64,000 nucleotides of DNA, taken from IMG/VR virus record IMGVR_UViG_3300045988_145476. One strand, given 5' to 3'. The notes under the pieces were generated by a model. It was not told the origin of the DNA. It saw nothing but the letters and a program-made list of their open reading frames with translations, and searched no databases. The translations under genes and the position numbers were made by a program. Of the stretch, positions 25,851-34,275 are shown in pieces. Position 1 is the first letter of the stretch. Each line of letters starts with the position of its first letter. This DNA comes from a virus.

Positions 25851-26606
25851 ATGGAAACCAGTATTAAAAAACGGATTGATATTGTAAAAGCAACCAGTGA
25901 TTATGAGACTTTAAAAACTCACCTATGCTCATTCTTTGAGAAAGGGGATTGCCCCGATTGTGTAGGTTGTCGAAAAGCAGAATCCGATATAGACGATTGT
26001 CGTTCTTATTATCTTGAACGTATAGTTATTCATCCTATGGATATTTGGCGTGAAGAGTTCGATACGATAAAAGTTCTTTCTCGTGATAAAGTCGCTGTTG
26101 AGGATATTGTCGGTATCGGAGTAAGTTGTGACAGATGCTATATGTATGATAAATGCCCGTTATACAAGAAAGGGTATGTGTGCGCAATTGATTGGGGTTC
26201 TTCAAGACCTACCAGCCCTAAAGCATTTTATGACTTTCTTGTTGACTTGCAATATGAACGAGTACAACGGGCAGCAATATTTGAGAAAGTAGACGGTGGT
26301 GTTGCGGACGGTAACTTATCCAATGAGATTGACCGTTTGACTGACCTTATAGAATCACAAGCCAATCTTAATCGGGAACGATTGAACATCAATATCGAGG
26401 CTTCGGGTTCTGCTACTGCCCCCGCTACCGGCGGTGGTCTTCTTTCCCGAATATTCGGAAGCGGTTCTCCTACACCTGCGGTAGAAGAAAAGAAAACAAT
26501 CGAAATACCGGCAACTCCGTCTTCACGGGAAGATATTGCCGAAGTAGCCGAAATAATTGAGGAACCCGAAAAAGTAAAGGTTCCCCGTAAACGTAAGAGC
26601 GTATGA
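25851..26606 (+). CDS. Cys-rich hypothetical protein inside the deazaguanine cluster
   Basis: CPDCVGCRKAESDIDDC and CDRCYMYDKCPLYKKGYVC clusters. No family recognised. Confidence 0.5.
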   Translation: METSIKKRIDIVKATSDYETLKTHLCSFFEKGDCPDCVGCRKAESDIDDCRSYYLERIVIHPMDIWREEFDTIKVLSRDKVAVEDIVGIGVSCDRCYMYDKCPLYKKGYVCAIDWGSSRPTSPKAFYDFLVDLQYERVQRAAIFEKVDGGVADGNLSNEIDRLTDLIESQANLNRERLNINIEASGSATAPATGGGLLSRIFGSGSPTPAVEEKKTIEIPATPSSREDIAEVAEIIEEPEKVKVPRKRKSV

Positions 26607-26923
26607 CAACAGTAAAGAAACATCTTCGGAAAAGGAAAAACAAGAAATCGGTAGTCCGTAGTTATGTCCGTAAAGACAGAACTCACCGTATCGTGAACGG
26701 TGAAAGACAAGTATATGTAGACCATTTCTGGAAACATGACGACTATCCCAATGCTCCTAAGCCGGGCTGGTCGTATGAACATTTGATGAAAGAACGCAAT
26801 AAATTACAGCGTGACTTATCCGAAGGTCTTTCCGGCGCACAAACGCTTCCCCCTCGTAAATACGGGTTATTAACTCGACGTATCAGAAAGATAAATCGTA
26901 TCTTAAAATCGAAAGGACGTTAG
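26603..26923 (+). CDS. basic protein with N-terminal VKxxxRxxKxxKxVxVRxYxR motif
   Basis: MTTVKKHLRKRKNKKSVVRSYVRKD resembles the N-terminal motif of the 59781/60256/61188 paralogues. Confidence 0.5.
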   Translation: MTTVKKHLRKRKNKKSVVRSYVRKDRTHRIVNGERQVYVDHFWKHDDYPNAPKPGWSYEHLMKERNKLQRDLSEGLSGAQTLPPRKYGLLTRRIRKINRILKSKGR

Positions 26924-26991
26924 TATGAGAAAAAAACCTCGTTCTTTCCATTTATCGAAATACAGAAAGAAACCAACTAAATGTACTCATT

Positions 26992-27468
26992 ATGGAACAC
27001 AGAAAGATGCAAGACAGTCCGACAGGACTTCCTGCCCACCTTGAAAAATCTTTGGTGGGTTCGACTATCGAATATTCGTTCGGTAAGAAAGTAAGTTCGG
27101 CGCTCTCTATTTCCGGAAATATTGATGCTGCTAAAGAGAGGATTAGAGAAAACGTAAAATTGGCCCATTCAGTTCAGGGTATTTATTGCGTGACGCTTCT
27201 CGGAGAAATGACCGCCTATTACCGGAATGAGATTTATTACATGGCGGTTAGAAGCTGTATAGAAATGAGACGGTTTAGAATACCCGTTCTTGAATACCTA
27301 AACCTTTCCGTTTCCGAACGTGCCGAAAGACTTTGTGACTTATTATCTAAGTCCAAACATCGTGAACTGGTGATAGAAGCTCTCAGATACTTTCTGCTTA
27401 TCTATCCTAACAGAACATCTTCATTTAAAAAGTATCTCTCACGAGAAGAATACATAACCGTAGCATAA
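26992..27468 (+). CDS. hypothetical protein
   Basis: 158-aa ORF between the basic protein and queE. No motif recognised. Confidence 0.45.
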   Translation: MEHRKMQDSPTGLPAHLEKSLVGSTIEYSFGKKVSSALSISGNIDAAKERIRENVKLAHSVQGIYCVTLLGEMTAYYRNEIYYMAVRSCIEMRRFRIPVLEYLNLSVSERAERLCDLLSKSKHRELVIEALRYFLLIYPNRTSSFKKYLSREEYITVA

Positions 27469-27469
27469 T

Positions 27470-28189
27470 ATGGAAAAAAGAAAATTAATGGTGAATACCA
27501 TCTACCCAGCATTTATGGGGGAAGTAAATTTATTAGGTATAGGTGCTCCATGCACCTTTGTTCGTTTATCCGGGTGTAATCTCCGTTGTTACAAAAACAC
27601 TATGGGAACCTTGTGTGATACGCCCGAAGCTCTTGAATTAAAGTGCGGGAAACCTATGAGTGTTGACGAGATTATCATGCAGCTCGACAAGTATGCAGAA
27701 CGCCCTATTATTTGTCTTACTGGCGGTGAACCGCTTATGCAAGATGTGGCCGAATTACTGGAAGAGTTATCCAGTAAAGGTTATGTCGTCATTGTAGAAA
27801 CAAACGGAAGTATCAGTATCGCTCCATATAAGCATATAAAGAATGTGTATTTCGTGGTTGACTGTAAGAGCGAAAGTTCCGGAGAGCATCTTCGTATGTT
27901 TGAGACCAACTATAAAGTCATGGGTAAAGGCGATTATCTTAAATTTGTTATCAATGACGAGCTTGACTACTATGGTATGCGCAAGTGGATAATAGAGCAT
28001 CCGGATTTTAGAGGTAATGTTGCGGTAGGGCTTTTTTGGGGGAGTGAACTCTCCTATAAGGAACTTATGAACTCCTTACGTGAAGACCGTCTTAATGTGT
28101 ACGTAAATATGCAGACGCATAAAATGACTTGTTTGTATGACGAGCACAGTGGTGAGCTAAGTAAGCTAATTATTCCCAAAGATTTGTAA
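27470..28189 (+). CDS. queE: 7-carboxy-7-deazaguanine synthase QueE (radical SAM)
   Basis: YPAFMGEVNLLGIGAPCTFVRLSGCNLRCYKNTMGTLCDTPE (CxxxC...C radical-SAM/QueE N-terminus). LTGGEPLMQ. Confidence 0.85.
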   Translation: MEKRKLMVNTIYPAFMGEVNLLGIGAPCTFVRLSGCNLRCYKNTMGTLCDTPEALELKCGKPMSVDEIIMQLDKYAERPIICLTGGEPLMQDVAELLEELSSKGYVVIVETNGSISIAPYKHIKNVYFVVDCKSESSGEHLRMFETNYKVMGKGDYLKFVINDELDYYGMRKWIIEHPDFRGNVAVGLFWGSELSYKELMNSLREDRLNVYVNMQTHKMTCLYDEHSGELSKLIIPKDL

Positions 28190-28270
28190 TTCTGAAATTT
28201 ATTTGTACCTTTGAGACGTTTCTAAGAATGGTTGAACAACCCGATATGTAGAACTTTTAAATTAAACGAA

Positions 28271-28504
28271 ATGGCTAAAATTACTGAACTGGTTATCTTG
28301 AACCCCTCGGACAAGACACGTATGTATGCAGTGTCAACCGGAAAAGGTGCTCCCGCCGATGCAGACGATGTTATTGTTACCAATGTGCGTGATTTCCCAG
28401 TCGGCTCCCAGTACACCGACTTGACAGGTAAGAAATTCTTCGTACGAGTAGCAGTTGACAAAGCCGTTGCCGATTGGAAAGAAATCGGTGGTGCTGCCGG
28501 CTGA
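28271..28504 (+). CDS. hypothetical protein
   Basis: ATG 28271 (MAKITELVILNP...) within the track ORF. Followed by a strong terminator. Confidence 0.5.
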   Translation: MAKITELVILNPSDKTRMYAVSTGKGAPADADDVIVTNVRDFPVGSQYTDLTGKKFFVRVAVDKAVADWKEIGGAAG

Positions 28505-28516
28505 TAACTGAGAATT

Positions 28517-28549
28517 AAAAGGCAGTCCCTAAAAACGACTGCCTTTTTT
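28517..28549 (+). terminator. rho-independent terminator
   Basis: AAAAGGCAGTC / GACTGCCTTTT 11-bp stem, 9-nt loop, T-run 28544-28549. Confidence 0.75.
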
Positions 28550-28564
28550 CAAGCCCTTTCCATT

Positions 28565-28936
28565 ATGAAGATACTTTGCCAGATTATCCGTTTATATGTT
28601 CCTTTTATGTGTACCGTTCTTGGTTTGGTACACGGAATATTGTTTTTCACTCACCAACTAACAGATGAACGCATTTATTTGTTGTCGGCTCTTTTCTCTA
28701 TGCTGGTTTCCCTGTATATTGTAGCCACTTCAAGAAAAATGTGCAGATGGTATAAGCTCAATACCCTGTTTTTGTCAATCATCCAACTACTGGGTATCGT
28801 GTATTTTATTTCCGACCTTACAGAGGTAAGTTACTTCTATTTAACCACCTTATTTTCCGCTACCGGAGTATTTTGTTTTCTTGTCTACCGGATTACAAAG
28901 ACGGTTTTGTATATTCGCAGACGTTTAGTAGGATAA
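28565..28936 (+). CDS. multi-pass membrane protein (hypothetical)
   Basis: Four hydrophobic segments (e.g. VPFMCTVLGLVHGILFF, LLSALFSMLVSLYIVA). Confidence 0.5.
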   Translation: MKILCQIIRLYVPFMCTVLGLVHGILFFTHQLTDERIYLLSALFSMLVSLYIVATSRKMCRWYKLNTLFLSIIQLLGIVYFISDLTEVSYFYLTTLFSATGVFCFLVYRITKTVLYIRRRLVG

Positions 28937-29199
28937 GAATTGCTCCTATACCCACCTCTCTTATTGCAGCCATAGAAAAGTGTTTCTTGTTCAAGTGCAA
29001 TGTAGAGCAACACGACCTCTTTGTCGTTTCTCAGACTATTCCTTTCCCTTACATTTCTTAGGTGATTGTTCACTGTATGCGGAGAAATACATAGCTTCTC
29101 TGCAATTTCCTTTTCTGTATAGCCTTGCGCTAATAATTCCACAGCTCTTAATTCAGATGTAGAAAATGGCGTTTTTACGCTATTGGTTTGATTTTTCAT
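28885..29199 (-). CDS. LuxR/GerE-type HTH transcriptional regulator
   Basis: SELRAVELLAQGYTEKEIAEKLCISPHTVNNHLRNVRERN is a canonical LuxR C-terminal HTH. The only convincing minus-strand gene in the window. Confidence 0.8.
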   Translation of the reverse strand: MKNQTNSVKTPFSTSELRAVELLAQGYTEKEIAEKLCISPHTVNNHLRNVRERNSLRNDKEVVLLYIALEQETLFYGCNKRGGYRSNSYPTKRLRIYKTVFVIR

Positions 29200-29213
29200 A
29201 GCCTTTATCTTTG
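29182..29213 (+). promoter_or_regulatory. possible promoter for the + strand HTH gene, overlapping the LuxR start codon
   Basis: TATCTTTG 29206-29213. -33 is ATTG (29182-29185, 20-nt spacing) or TTTG (29187-29190, 15 nt). A reverse-strand TACTTTTG box lies at 29221-29228. Confidence 0.4.
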
Positions 29214-29276
29214 CATTATCGCAAAAGTAACAAATTCGTAGAAATATTGTTCGGAAATAATTTGAAAAGTAAAACT

Positions 29277-29582
29277 ATGGGAATAAAGGAAATGTACTAT
29301 GATATTCTACGCATTGTGGAAGAAGTAACAGGAGTTACCGCAAAGGAGATGCTTACTTCCAATGCGGAAGAAAATGTGGATGCCCGACACATACTTGTGT
29401 ATGTACTGGGTAATCGTGGTTTCTCTGATAACAAAATTGCGGAATTGACCGGACTTACACGCCCGTCTATTAATGTGATACGGAATAATTTCAAATACAG
29501 GAAGAAACGGTATTTCGTGAACCTTAATTATCAGGAAGTTTACCACCGTGTATTTTCAAGTAAAGAAATAGTAGAGAATTAG
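29277..29582 (+). CDS. DnaA domain IV-like HTH protein
   Basis: VDARHILVYVLGNRGFSDNKIAELTGLTRPSINVIRNNF resembles the DnaA C-terminal DNA-binding domain (ARQIAMYL...IG...HSTV). ATG 29277 preferred over the track TTG. Confidence 0.55.
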   Translation: MGIKEMYYDILRIVEEVTGVTAKEMLTSNAEENVDARHILVYVLGNRGFSDNKIAELTGLTRPSINVIRNNFKYRKKRYFVNLNYQEVYHRVFSSKEIVEN

Positions 29583-29690
29583 TGTCGGGATAGTAGCGTA
29601 TTTCTTCTCCGTCTACCGATTATTGGAGAACTTTGAAGCAATTCCCGTAGAGGGGAAGAAACCAAATTTATTACTATAATTTCTATTGTT

Positions 29691-30191
29691 ATGACAGCAG
29701 AAGAATTAATGACCGTTGTTAACATGAACAAGGGTACGGACATGAGTTCCTACGAACATTTTGCAGTTGCCGAGAAGTCTGCACGCAGACCTTCGGGAGT
29801 TGGTATCGCTGGTTTGGCAATCGGTTCTACCGCTTTGCTCGCAGCTATCGGTGCTTGGATTTTCGGTGGCGTTTATGCCAACGCACAGAGTAAAGGCAAC
29901 CAACGTGCAATTGATATTCTTGCTACGACTGCTTTGGCAGAACGTAACGAACGTATCACTACACAGAACGGTCAGATGCCGAGCAATCTGGATATTATCC
30001 GCATCATTACGAACGCTCAAAGCGGTGCCGGCGCTGGTGCTAATGCAAGTGCTCTTGCACAGGCAGAAGCTCTCGCTCTGTTGCTGAACGGTGGCGGTTC
30101 TCGTAACGGTCAGGTAAATCCTCAGCCCGTAGCATTGTATCAACCGGCTATGCCGTGTTGCTGCAATACCGGATGTGGTTGCAACGGCTAA
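29691..30191 (+). CDS. single-pass membrane protein with C-terminal Cys cluster
   Basis: TM helix GVGIAGLAIGSTALLAAIGAWIFGGVYA. Ala/Gly-rich region. C-terminus MPCCCNTGCGCNG. Confidence 0.55.
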   Translation: MTAEELMTVVNMNKGTDMSSYEHFAVAEKSARRPSGVGIAGLAIGSTALLAAIGAWIFGGVYANAQSKGNQRAIDILATTALAERNERITTQNGQMPSNLDIIRIITNAQSGAGAGANASALAQAEALALLLNGGGSRNGQVNPQPVALYQPAMPCCCNTGCGCNG

Positions 30192-30202
30192 GAGCCATTA
30201 TC

Positions 30203-30233
30203 GAGGGGGTCTGTAAAGGGACTCCCTCTCTTT
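30203..30233 (+). terminator. terminator-like hairpin
   Basis: GAGGGGGTC (30203-30211) / GGACTCCCTC (30219-30228) 9-bp stem with one G-U. Weak T tail. Confidence 0.4.
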
Positions 30234-30251
30234 CACTAAAATTGGAAAACT

Positions 30252-30605
30252 ATGTTTTGGAACAAAAATCAAATTAATGTGGAAGCGATGAAGAACATTA
30301 GGACTACAAGTAAGCTATCTCTCAAATTCTCTTGTTACGCTATATGTAAAGGAGACGTTGAAAAGGCGGAACAACTCTATGACTATTTCGCCAAAGATAT
30401 GCAGTTACCGGATGTAGACCCTATTAGTCCTACCACGTTTCAACAAGTAAAAGATACTGCGGGAACGTTGTTCGGTTGGTTTAAGGAAAATCGGGATGAT
30501 GTAGTACAAGCATTTAACTTCGTACAGTCACTACGAAAGGGACAACCGATTATCACAACTCCCTCAGCCCCTATTGAATCTATTCCACCACTACCAAATG
30601 AATAA
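30252..30605 (+). CDS. hypothetical protein
   Basis: 117-aa ORF. No motif recognised. Confidence 0.5.
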   Translation: MFWNKNQINVEAMKNIRTTSKLSLKFSCYAICKGDVEKAEQLYDYFAKDMQLPDVDPISPTTFQQVKDTAGTLFGWFKENRDDVVQAFNFVQSLRKGQPIITTPSAPIESIPPLPNE

Positions 30606-30610
30606 AAGCC

Positions 30611-30817
30611 ATGCAAGTATTTGAGATGCCAATATACATTTACGCTGACAATCAGCAGGAAGTAGACGAATGTCGTAAAGCGGTAATATCTTTCATAGAT
30701 GAAAATCGTGCGGAAGGTCGTGCGGTTACTGCTAAGAAACTTTCAACGGCCTTATCCCACTGGAAAGATAACATGTTGGTAAAGGCGGGTATTATAAACT
30801 TTTTAAATAAACAATGA
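30611..30817 (+). CDS. hypothetical protein
   Basis: 68-aa ORF. No motif recognised. Confidence 0.45.
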   Translation: MQVFEMPIYIYADNQQEVDECRKAVISFIDENRAEGRAVTAKKLSTALSHWKDNMLVKAGIINFLNKQ

Positions 30818-31053
30818 TTATGGCTAAAACTGGATGTGATAAAAATTGCAGCACTTGTGACATTGGAAACAGAGCTTTCTGCGCTGTGCAATTGGGTCTG
30901 AAAAATCAAGAGCTTCTTCTTAACGTGCAGAATACGGTACAAGCCCTTATAGGTGTACTCGCTCCGTTACTCCCTGCACAAGATGCTGCCCCTATATCAC
31001 CAATTCCGGGTGGTGAAGAAGTGAAAGTCCCGGAGCAAAAAACAAAATCTTAA
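30814..31053 (+). CDS. small Cys-cluster protein
   Basis: MIMAKTGCDKNCSTCDIGNRAFCAVQ (C-x3-C-x2-C-x8-C). ATGA overlap with the upstream ORF. Confidence 0.5.
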   Translation: MIMAKTGCDKNCSTCDIGNRAFCAVQLGLKNQELLLNVQNTVQALIGVLAPLLPAQDAAPISPIPGGEEVKVPEQKTKS

Positions 31054-31065
31054 TAGAATACAGTT

Positions 31066-31506
31066 ATGATTAATGTAACGCCTATTGCTATTGCGGCTAC
31101 CTCACAGCAGTATGCAGTGAGTATAACCGAGAACTTGTGCCAATGCTACTGCTTGAACGCAGACATTCAGCCACAAGCAGATGTGAAGTTCTCCATTGCT
31201 TCACAGCAAGTTGTTAATGGAATGACCTACATCACCGTTCTCGCTAAGGGTAGTATTACCTATATGCCGAGAAATGCGGGTAGATGCTGCTGCAAACCTC
31301 TTACAAAGATGTTTGCTGAAACATTCGATATTATCTTCGACACAGCCGAAACCGCAGCTCCGACACTTACTGTTGGAACTACCGTTGAAAGTCCGGCAAA
31401 TGTGAAGTGTAATGGGAATGTGTTCGCTTACAACTTATTGACACCCGTAACCATAGCTTTTGCGGCTACTCCCTCTGAGGCTGCGGTTGCGAAGACTAAT
31501 AAGTAA
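31066..31506 (+). CDS. Cys-cluster protein (hypothetical)
   Basis: CQCYC and RCCCKP clusters. 146 aa. Confidence 0.5.
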   Translation: MINVTPIAIAATSQQYAVSITENLCQCYCLNADIQPQADVKFSIASQQVVNGMTYITVLAKGSITYMPRNAGRCCCKPLTKMFAETFDIIFDTAETAAPTLTVGTTVESPANVKCNGNVFAYNLLTPVTIAFAATPSEAAVAKTNK

Positions 31507-31823
31507 TGTGGGACTTACTACTCATAATGCTAATAGCCGTCCTCTTTAATCATTTGGGGCTTGCGGATACGGTTACGTTTCATACGAAACGGAACGTGGT
31601 CTTGAACTGTTCCAAATGCTTGACTTTTTGGACGTCACTCGGATACTCCCTACTGGTATTGCAGTGGGGATGTATTCCGGGTATTGCTGTTTCATTTACT
31701 CTATCCTATCTGGCATTATGGGTTGAACTCCTGCTAAATCTCCTCAATTTAATTTATACAAAAACGTATGGCAAAATATATCCGTCCGAAACCGGCGAAA
31801 GGGATAGTTCCCAGACCGATTAA
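31506..31823 (+). CDS. three-TM membrane protein (holin-like topology; function unknown)
   Basis: Hydrophobic segments LLLIMLIAVLFNHLGL, LTFWTSLGYSLLVLQWG, IAVSFTLSYLALWVELLLNLL, then a charged C-terminus. Confidence 0.45.
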   Translation: MWDLLLIMLIAVLFNHLGLADTVTFHTKRNVVLNCSKCLTFWTSLGYSLLVLQWGCIPGIAVSFTLSYLALWVELLLNLLNLIYTKTYGKIYPSETGERDSSQTD

Positions 31824-31850
31824 ATGCCCAAACTGTAAATAATTGATGTT

Positions 31851-32372
31851 ATGGAAAAGAAAGAATTACTTGAAAAATTTTGTGCCCTCTATAATGAGGC
31901 TATCAATTCTGGCGATAAGGAAGACATTGAAGTATCATTGGGTATGTTTAAAAAAGCGTTCGGTATCTTGGTTGATACGAATGTTAGAGAAGCAAAAGAG
32001 CTTGTTGAGTGCTATGAAGGAACTTTGAAGTACTACAACTTCCTCACAGAGTCAGAAGCCATGAAAGTGGTGGAGAATTTCTCCAATCAAGACGGTAGTG
32101 TCGGCCCGAAATGGAAAGACGTTACTGACTTCTTCAAACGCATTGACGATATGAACGGGAAAGTTGAGTGTGAGCCGTACTATAATAAGTGGGCTTTGTA
32201 CGTTGCCATGAATAAGGCATACTCCGACCAGAACACTGTTCTGCTTAAATGGGTAGGAGACGACCGTACTAAATACTTCGAGGCTTGCTATGACCTTGCA
32301 CTCTCCCAGTTAAAGGACAAAGACCGTCCTTACTGGATACGCAGTTACTACGGATTGAGTTCCAAAATCTGA
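31851..32372 (+). CDS. hypothetical protein
   Basis: 173-aa ORF followed by a terminator. No motif recognised. Confidence 0.55.
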   Translation: MEKKELLEKFCALYNEAINSGDKEDIEVSLGMFKKAFGILVDTNVREAKELVECYEGTLKYYNFLTESEAMKVVENFSNQDGSVGPKWKDVTDFFKRIDDMNGKVECEPYYNKWALYVAMNKAYSDQNTVLLKWVGDDRTKYFEACYDLALSQLKDKDRPYWIRSYYGLSSKI

Positions 32373-32392
32373 TAGTTACTTGGTGAAAGAGG

Positions 32393-32429
32393 AAAGGGAG
32401 ACGCTAATAACGTTTCCCTTTTGTATTTT
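32393..32429 (+). terminator. rho-independent terminator
   Basis: AAAGGGAGACG / CGTTTCCCTTT 11-bp stem (one G-U), 7-nt loop, T-rich tail. Confidence 0.6.
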
Positions 32430-32435
32430 CAGCCA

Positions 32436-32467
32436 TTTGGATGTTTCCTTGCTTTTTCGTATATTAG
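32436..32467 (+). promoter_or_regulatory. predicted Bacteroidota-type promoter (variant -7)
   Basis: CATTTGGATGT context. TTTG 32436-32439, 20-nt spacer, TATATTAG 32460-32467. Confidence 0.45.
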
Positions 32468-32477
32468 TGTATAAAAA

Positions 32478-32497
32478 ATGAAATGAAATGAAATGAA
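32478..32497 (+). repeat. pentanucleotide repeat (ATGAA)x4 in a 5' leader
   Basis: ATGAAATGAAATGAAATGAA lies immediately upstream of ATG 32500. It creates three nested AUG-AAA-UGA mini-uORFs and a fourth out-of-frame AUG. Confidence 0.8.
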
Positions 32498-32499
32498 CT

Positions 32500-32907
32500 A
32501 TGGAACTTGCCATGCTTGTAGCTACCCAATTATCTCTAAACTTTTCGGACGCAGAAAAAATACTTTTCATAGTACGAAAAAGGAACTATGACGAAATACC
32601 CTATTTGCGAAGCCAAATTGATATTTCCCAGTTCTACGGAGAAATTCAGATTATAAACCCCTTGCAGGAACTTACAGATGACATACTGATAGGCGGTATG
32701 AACGGTTTACTTGACAGGATGGCGTTTGAAGACCTCATTGAAGAAGACCTTACGTTCTATTCCCGTAAATGTAACGGGTTCGAGGTATTGTTTACCAAAC
32801 GTATGGAAGAAATCGCCCTTTCCTCAAAAGCCCTTTCGGTAGTACGCTCTTGGGGCATCCCCAAATCAGACGGTGCAAGAGTTATTGAATGTGAACTAAT
32901 AGACTAA
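32500..32907 (+). CDS. hypothetical protein
   Basis: 135-aa ORF. No motif recognised. Confidence 0.5.
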   Translation: MELAMLVATQLSLNFSDAEKILFIVRKRNYDEIPYLRSQIDISQFYGEIQIINPLQELTDDILIGGMNGLLDRMAFEDLIEEDLTFYSRKCNGFEVLFTKRMEEIALSSKALSVVRSWGIPKSDGARVIECELID

Positions 32908-32911
32908 GTAT

Positions 32912-34081
32912 ATGGAAAAACTACATTTTACGTTGGGAGATGATGCCGGATTGCTTCTTTCCCAAATCGCTTGGGAGCGAATGTTCATGGATTTATCTCC
33001 CGCAAAAGCCATATCCATATTTGTAGACTCCCTACAAGGATTACCTTATTCTCTCGCTCTTGAGCTTCTTCATGGTGATAAAGTGGTCGAGGTTTCCGAT
33101 AAGACCAGTGGAATTATGTCAATCGTCCCTTATGATAAAGACAAACATGAGGAATACCCCGTATTTGACTATACGGGATGGTATGAGAGAAATCATAAGT
33201 GGATTGGTGATTGCGGCAGGGAACTTTACCAACTTCTTGATACTTGCAGCCGGGACGTGGTTTCCGAATGCGTTGAAGTGCAGGTAAAAAACGTTATCCA
33301 GATGCTTCTTCAACATGAAGATGAAAGTGTCCGTGATAGATTGTATGAGGAGTTTTCACGTTCTCCCAGAGTAGACCGAATCGTTCAAATCTGCAAGAGC
33401 GCTGAACAGTACCTCAGAAGGGTTTCCCAGTTAGGAGTGGTATTTGACTTCATAGAAGATGTATTCCCCAATGATGTTTCCAAATTAGACACTGGTAAGC
33501 ATTTTGTGGTTTCTTACGTGGCTTCTAAACTGTCAAATCTAATCTCTTTAGATTCCGATGCTCTTGAAAGAATCTGTGAACTTGAGGATGCCCCGATTAA
33601 AAACCATGTCAAGGCTGCTATCGAAATTAGCGAAAAATTAAAAGACCTCATACAGCCTGTAGACATTCTTGATAATTATTCTGCCGGATGGTTATCTCCC
33701 ACGGGAGAATATTTCGGTCTGAACGGGGAAATCTCGAATATGCTTCATAAGACTATTGCCGATGCTATACGGGAAAGAATGATTGTTCTTGATGGTGTGG
33801 ACCCTCTTGAAGATGATGATAAAAACATGGATGGTTGGTTATCCTTGCACGGCTGGGTAAAGATACACGGTTCATGGATACTGTATGACGGATATATGCA
33901 GGGAGCACACAATATGAAAGTAGTTCCGCTTACCGATATTCAAATAGAGAAAATCTCTCTTTATGGGAAAGTCTGTCATGGAGATAAACTTTTCTGCGGT
34001 CTTGAGAAGAAGTTCTGTTCCGGAACCCGTTTCGGATTTACGGATAAACCTATGCTTGCCAAATTATTTGATGCCCTATGA
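32912..34081 (+). CDS. hypothetical protein
   Basis: 389-aa ORF. No motif recognised. Confidence 0.55.
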   Translation: MEKLHFTLGDDAGLLLSQIAWERMFMDLSPAKAISIFVDSLQGLPYSLALELLHGDKVVEVSDKTSGIMSIVPYDKDKHEEYPVFDYTGWYERNHKWIGDCGRELYQLLDTCSRDVVSECVEVQVKNVIQMLLQHEDESVRDRLYEEFSRSPRVDRIVQICKSAEQYLRRVSQLGVVFDFIEDVFPNDVSKLDTGKHFVVSYVASKLSNLISLDSDALERICELEDAPIKNHVKAAIEISEKLKDLIQPVDILDNYSAGWLSPTGEYFGLNGEISNMLHKTIADAIRERMIVLDGVDPLEDDDKNMDGWLSLHGWVKIHGSWILYDGYMQGAHNMKVVPLTDIQIEKISLYGKVCHGDKLFCGLEKKFCSGTRFGFTDKPMLAKLFDAL

Positions 34082-34275
34082 GAAATGTAACGAAAATCGC
34101 AAAACTTATGAACAGCCGTAGTAGAATGTGCACTATATGCCCACTCGGAAAGCAAATGAGATGTAACCTTGATATAATGCGGGTATGCTCCGATGCTTTC
34201 GTTGAGGGTTTTAAGAAAGGTGTCCAACTTGCGGAGAAAAATCATAAAGAACATGCTAAAAAAGAGAACGTTTAG
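34078..34275 (+). CDS. hypothetical Cys-containing small protein
   Basis: 65-aa ORF with ATGA overlap. CTICPLGKQMRCNLDIMRVC. Confidence 0.4.
   Translation: MRNVTKIAKLMNSRSRMCTICPLGKQMRCNLDIMRVCSDAFVEGFKKGVQLAEKNHKEHAKKENV

Noticed and set aside
26925-27044. 39-aa basic ORF (MRKKPRSFHLSKYRKKPTKCTHYGTQ...) starting at ATG 26925, overlapping the start of 26992..27468.
   Set aside because: It is short, overlaps a longer ORF in another frame, and has no flanking signals. It is possibly real, but the sequence alone does not support it.
28885-29582. Lysogeny module (CI/Cro-type switch implying a temperate lifestyle).
   Set aside because: The divergent regulator layout is real, but there is no integrase, recombinase, excisionase or partition gene in 64 kb. 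The regulators are LuxR and DnaA-C types rather than CI/Cro. It is kept as a regulatory node only, with no claim of lysogeny.
29706-30143. Alternative-frame ORFs 29761..30087 (+) and 29706..30143 (-), overlapping 29691..30191.
   Set aside because: These are by-products of the locally GC-rich, Ala/Gly-rich coding sequence. The 29691 frame has a proper ATG, a TM helix, the C-terminal Cys cluster and a downstream hairpin.
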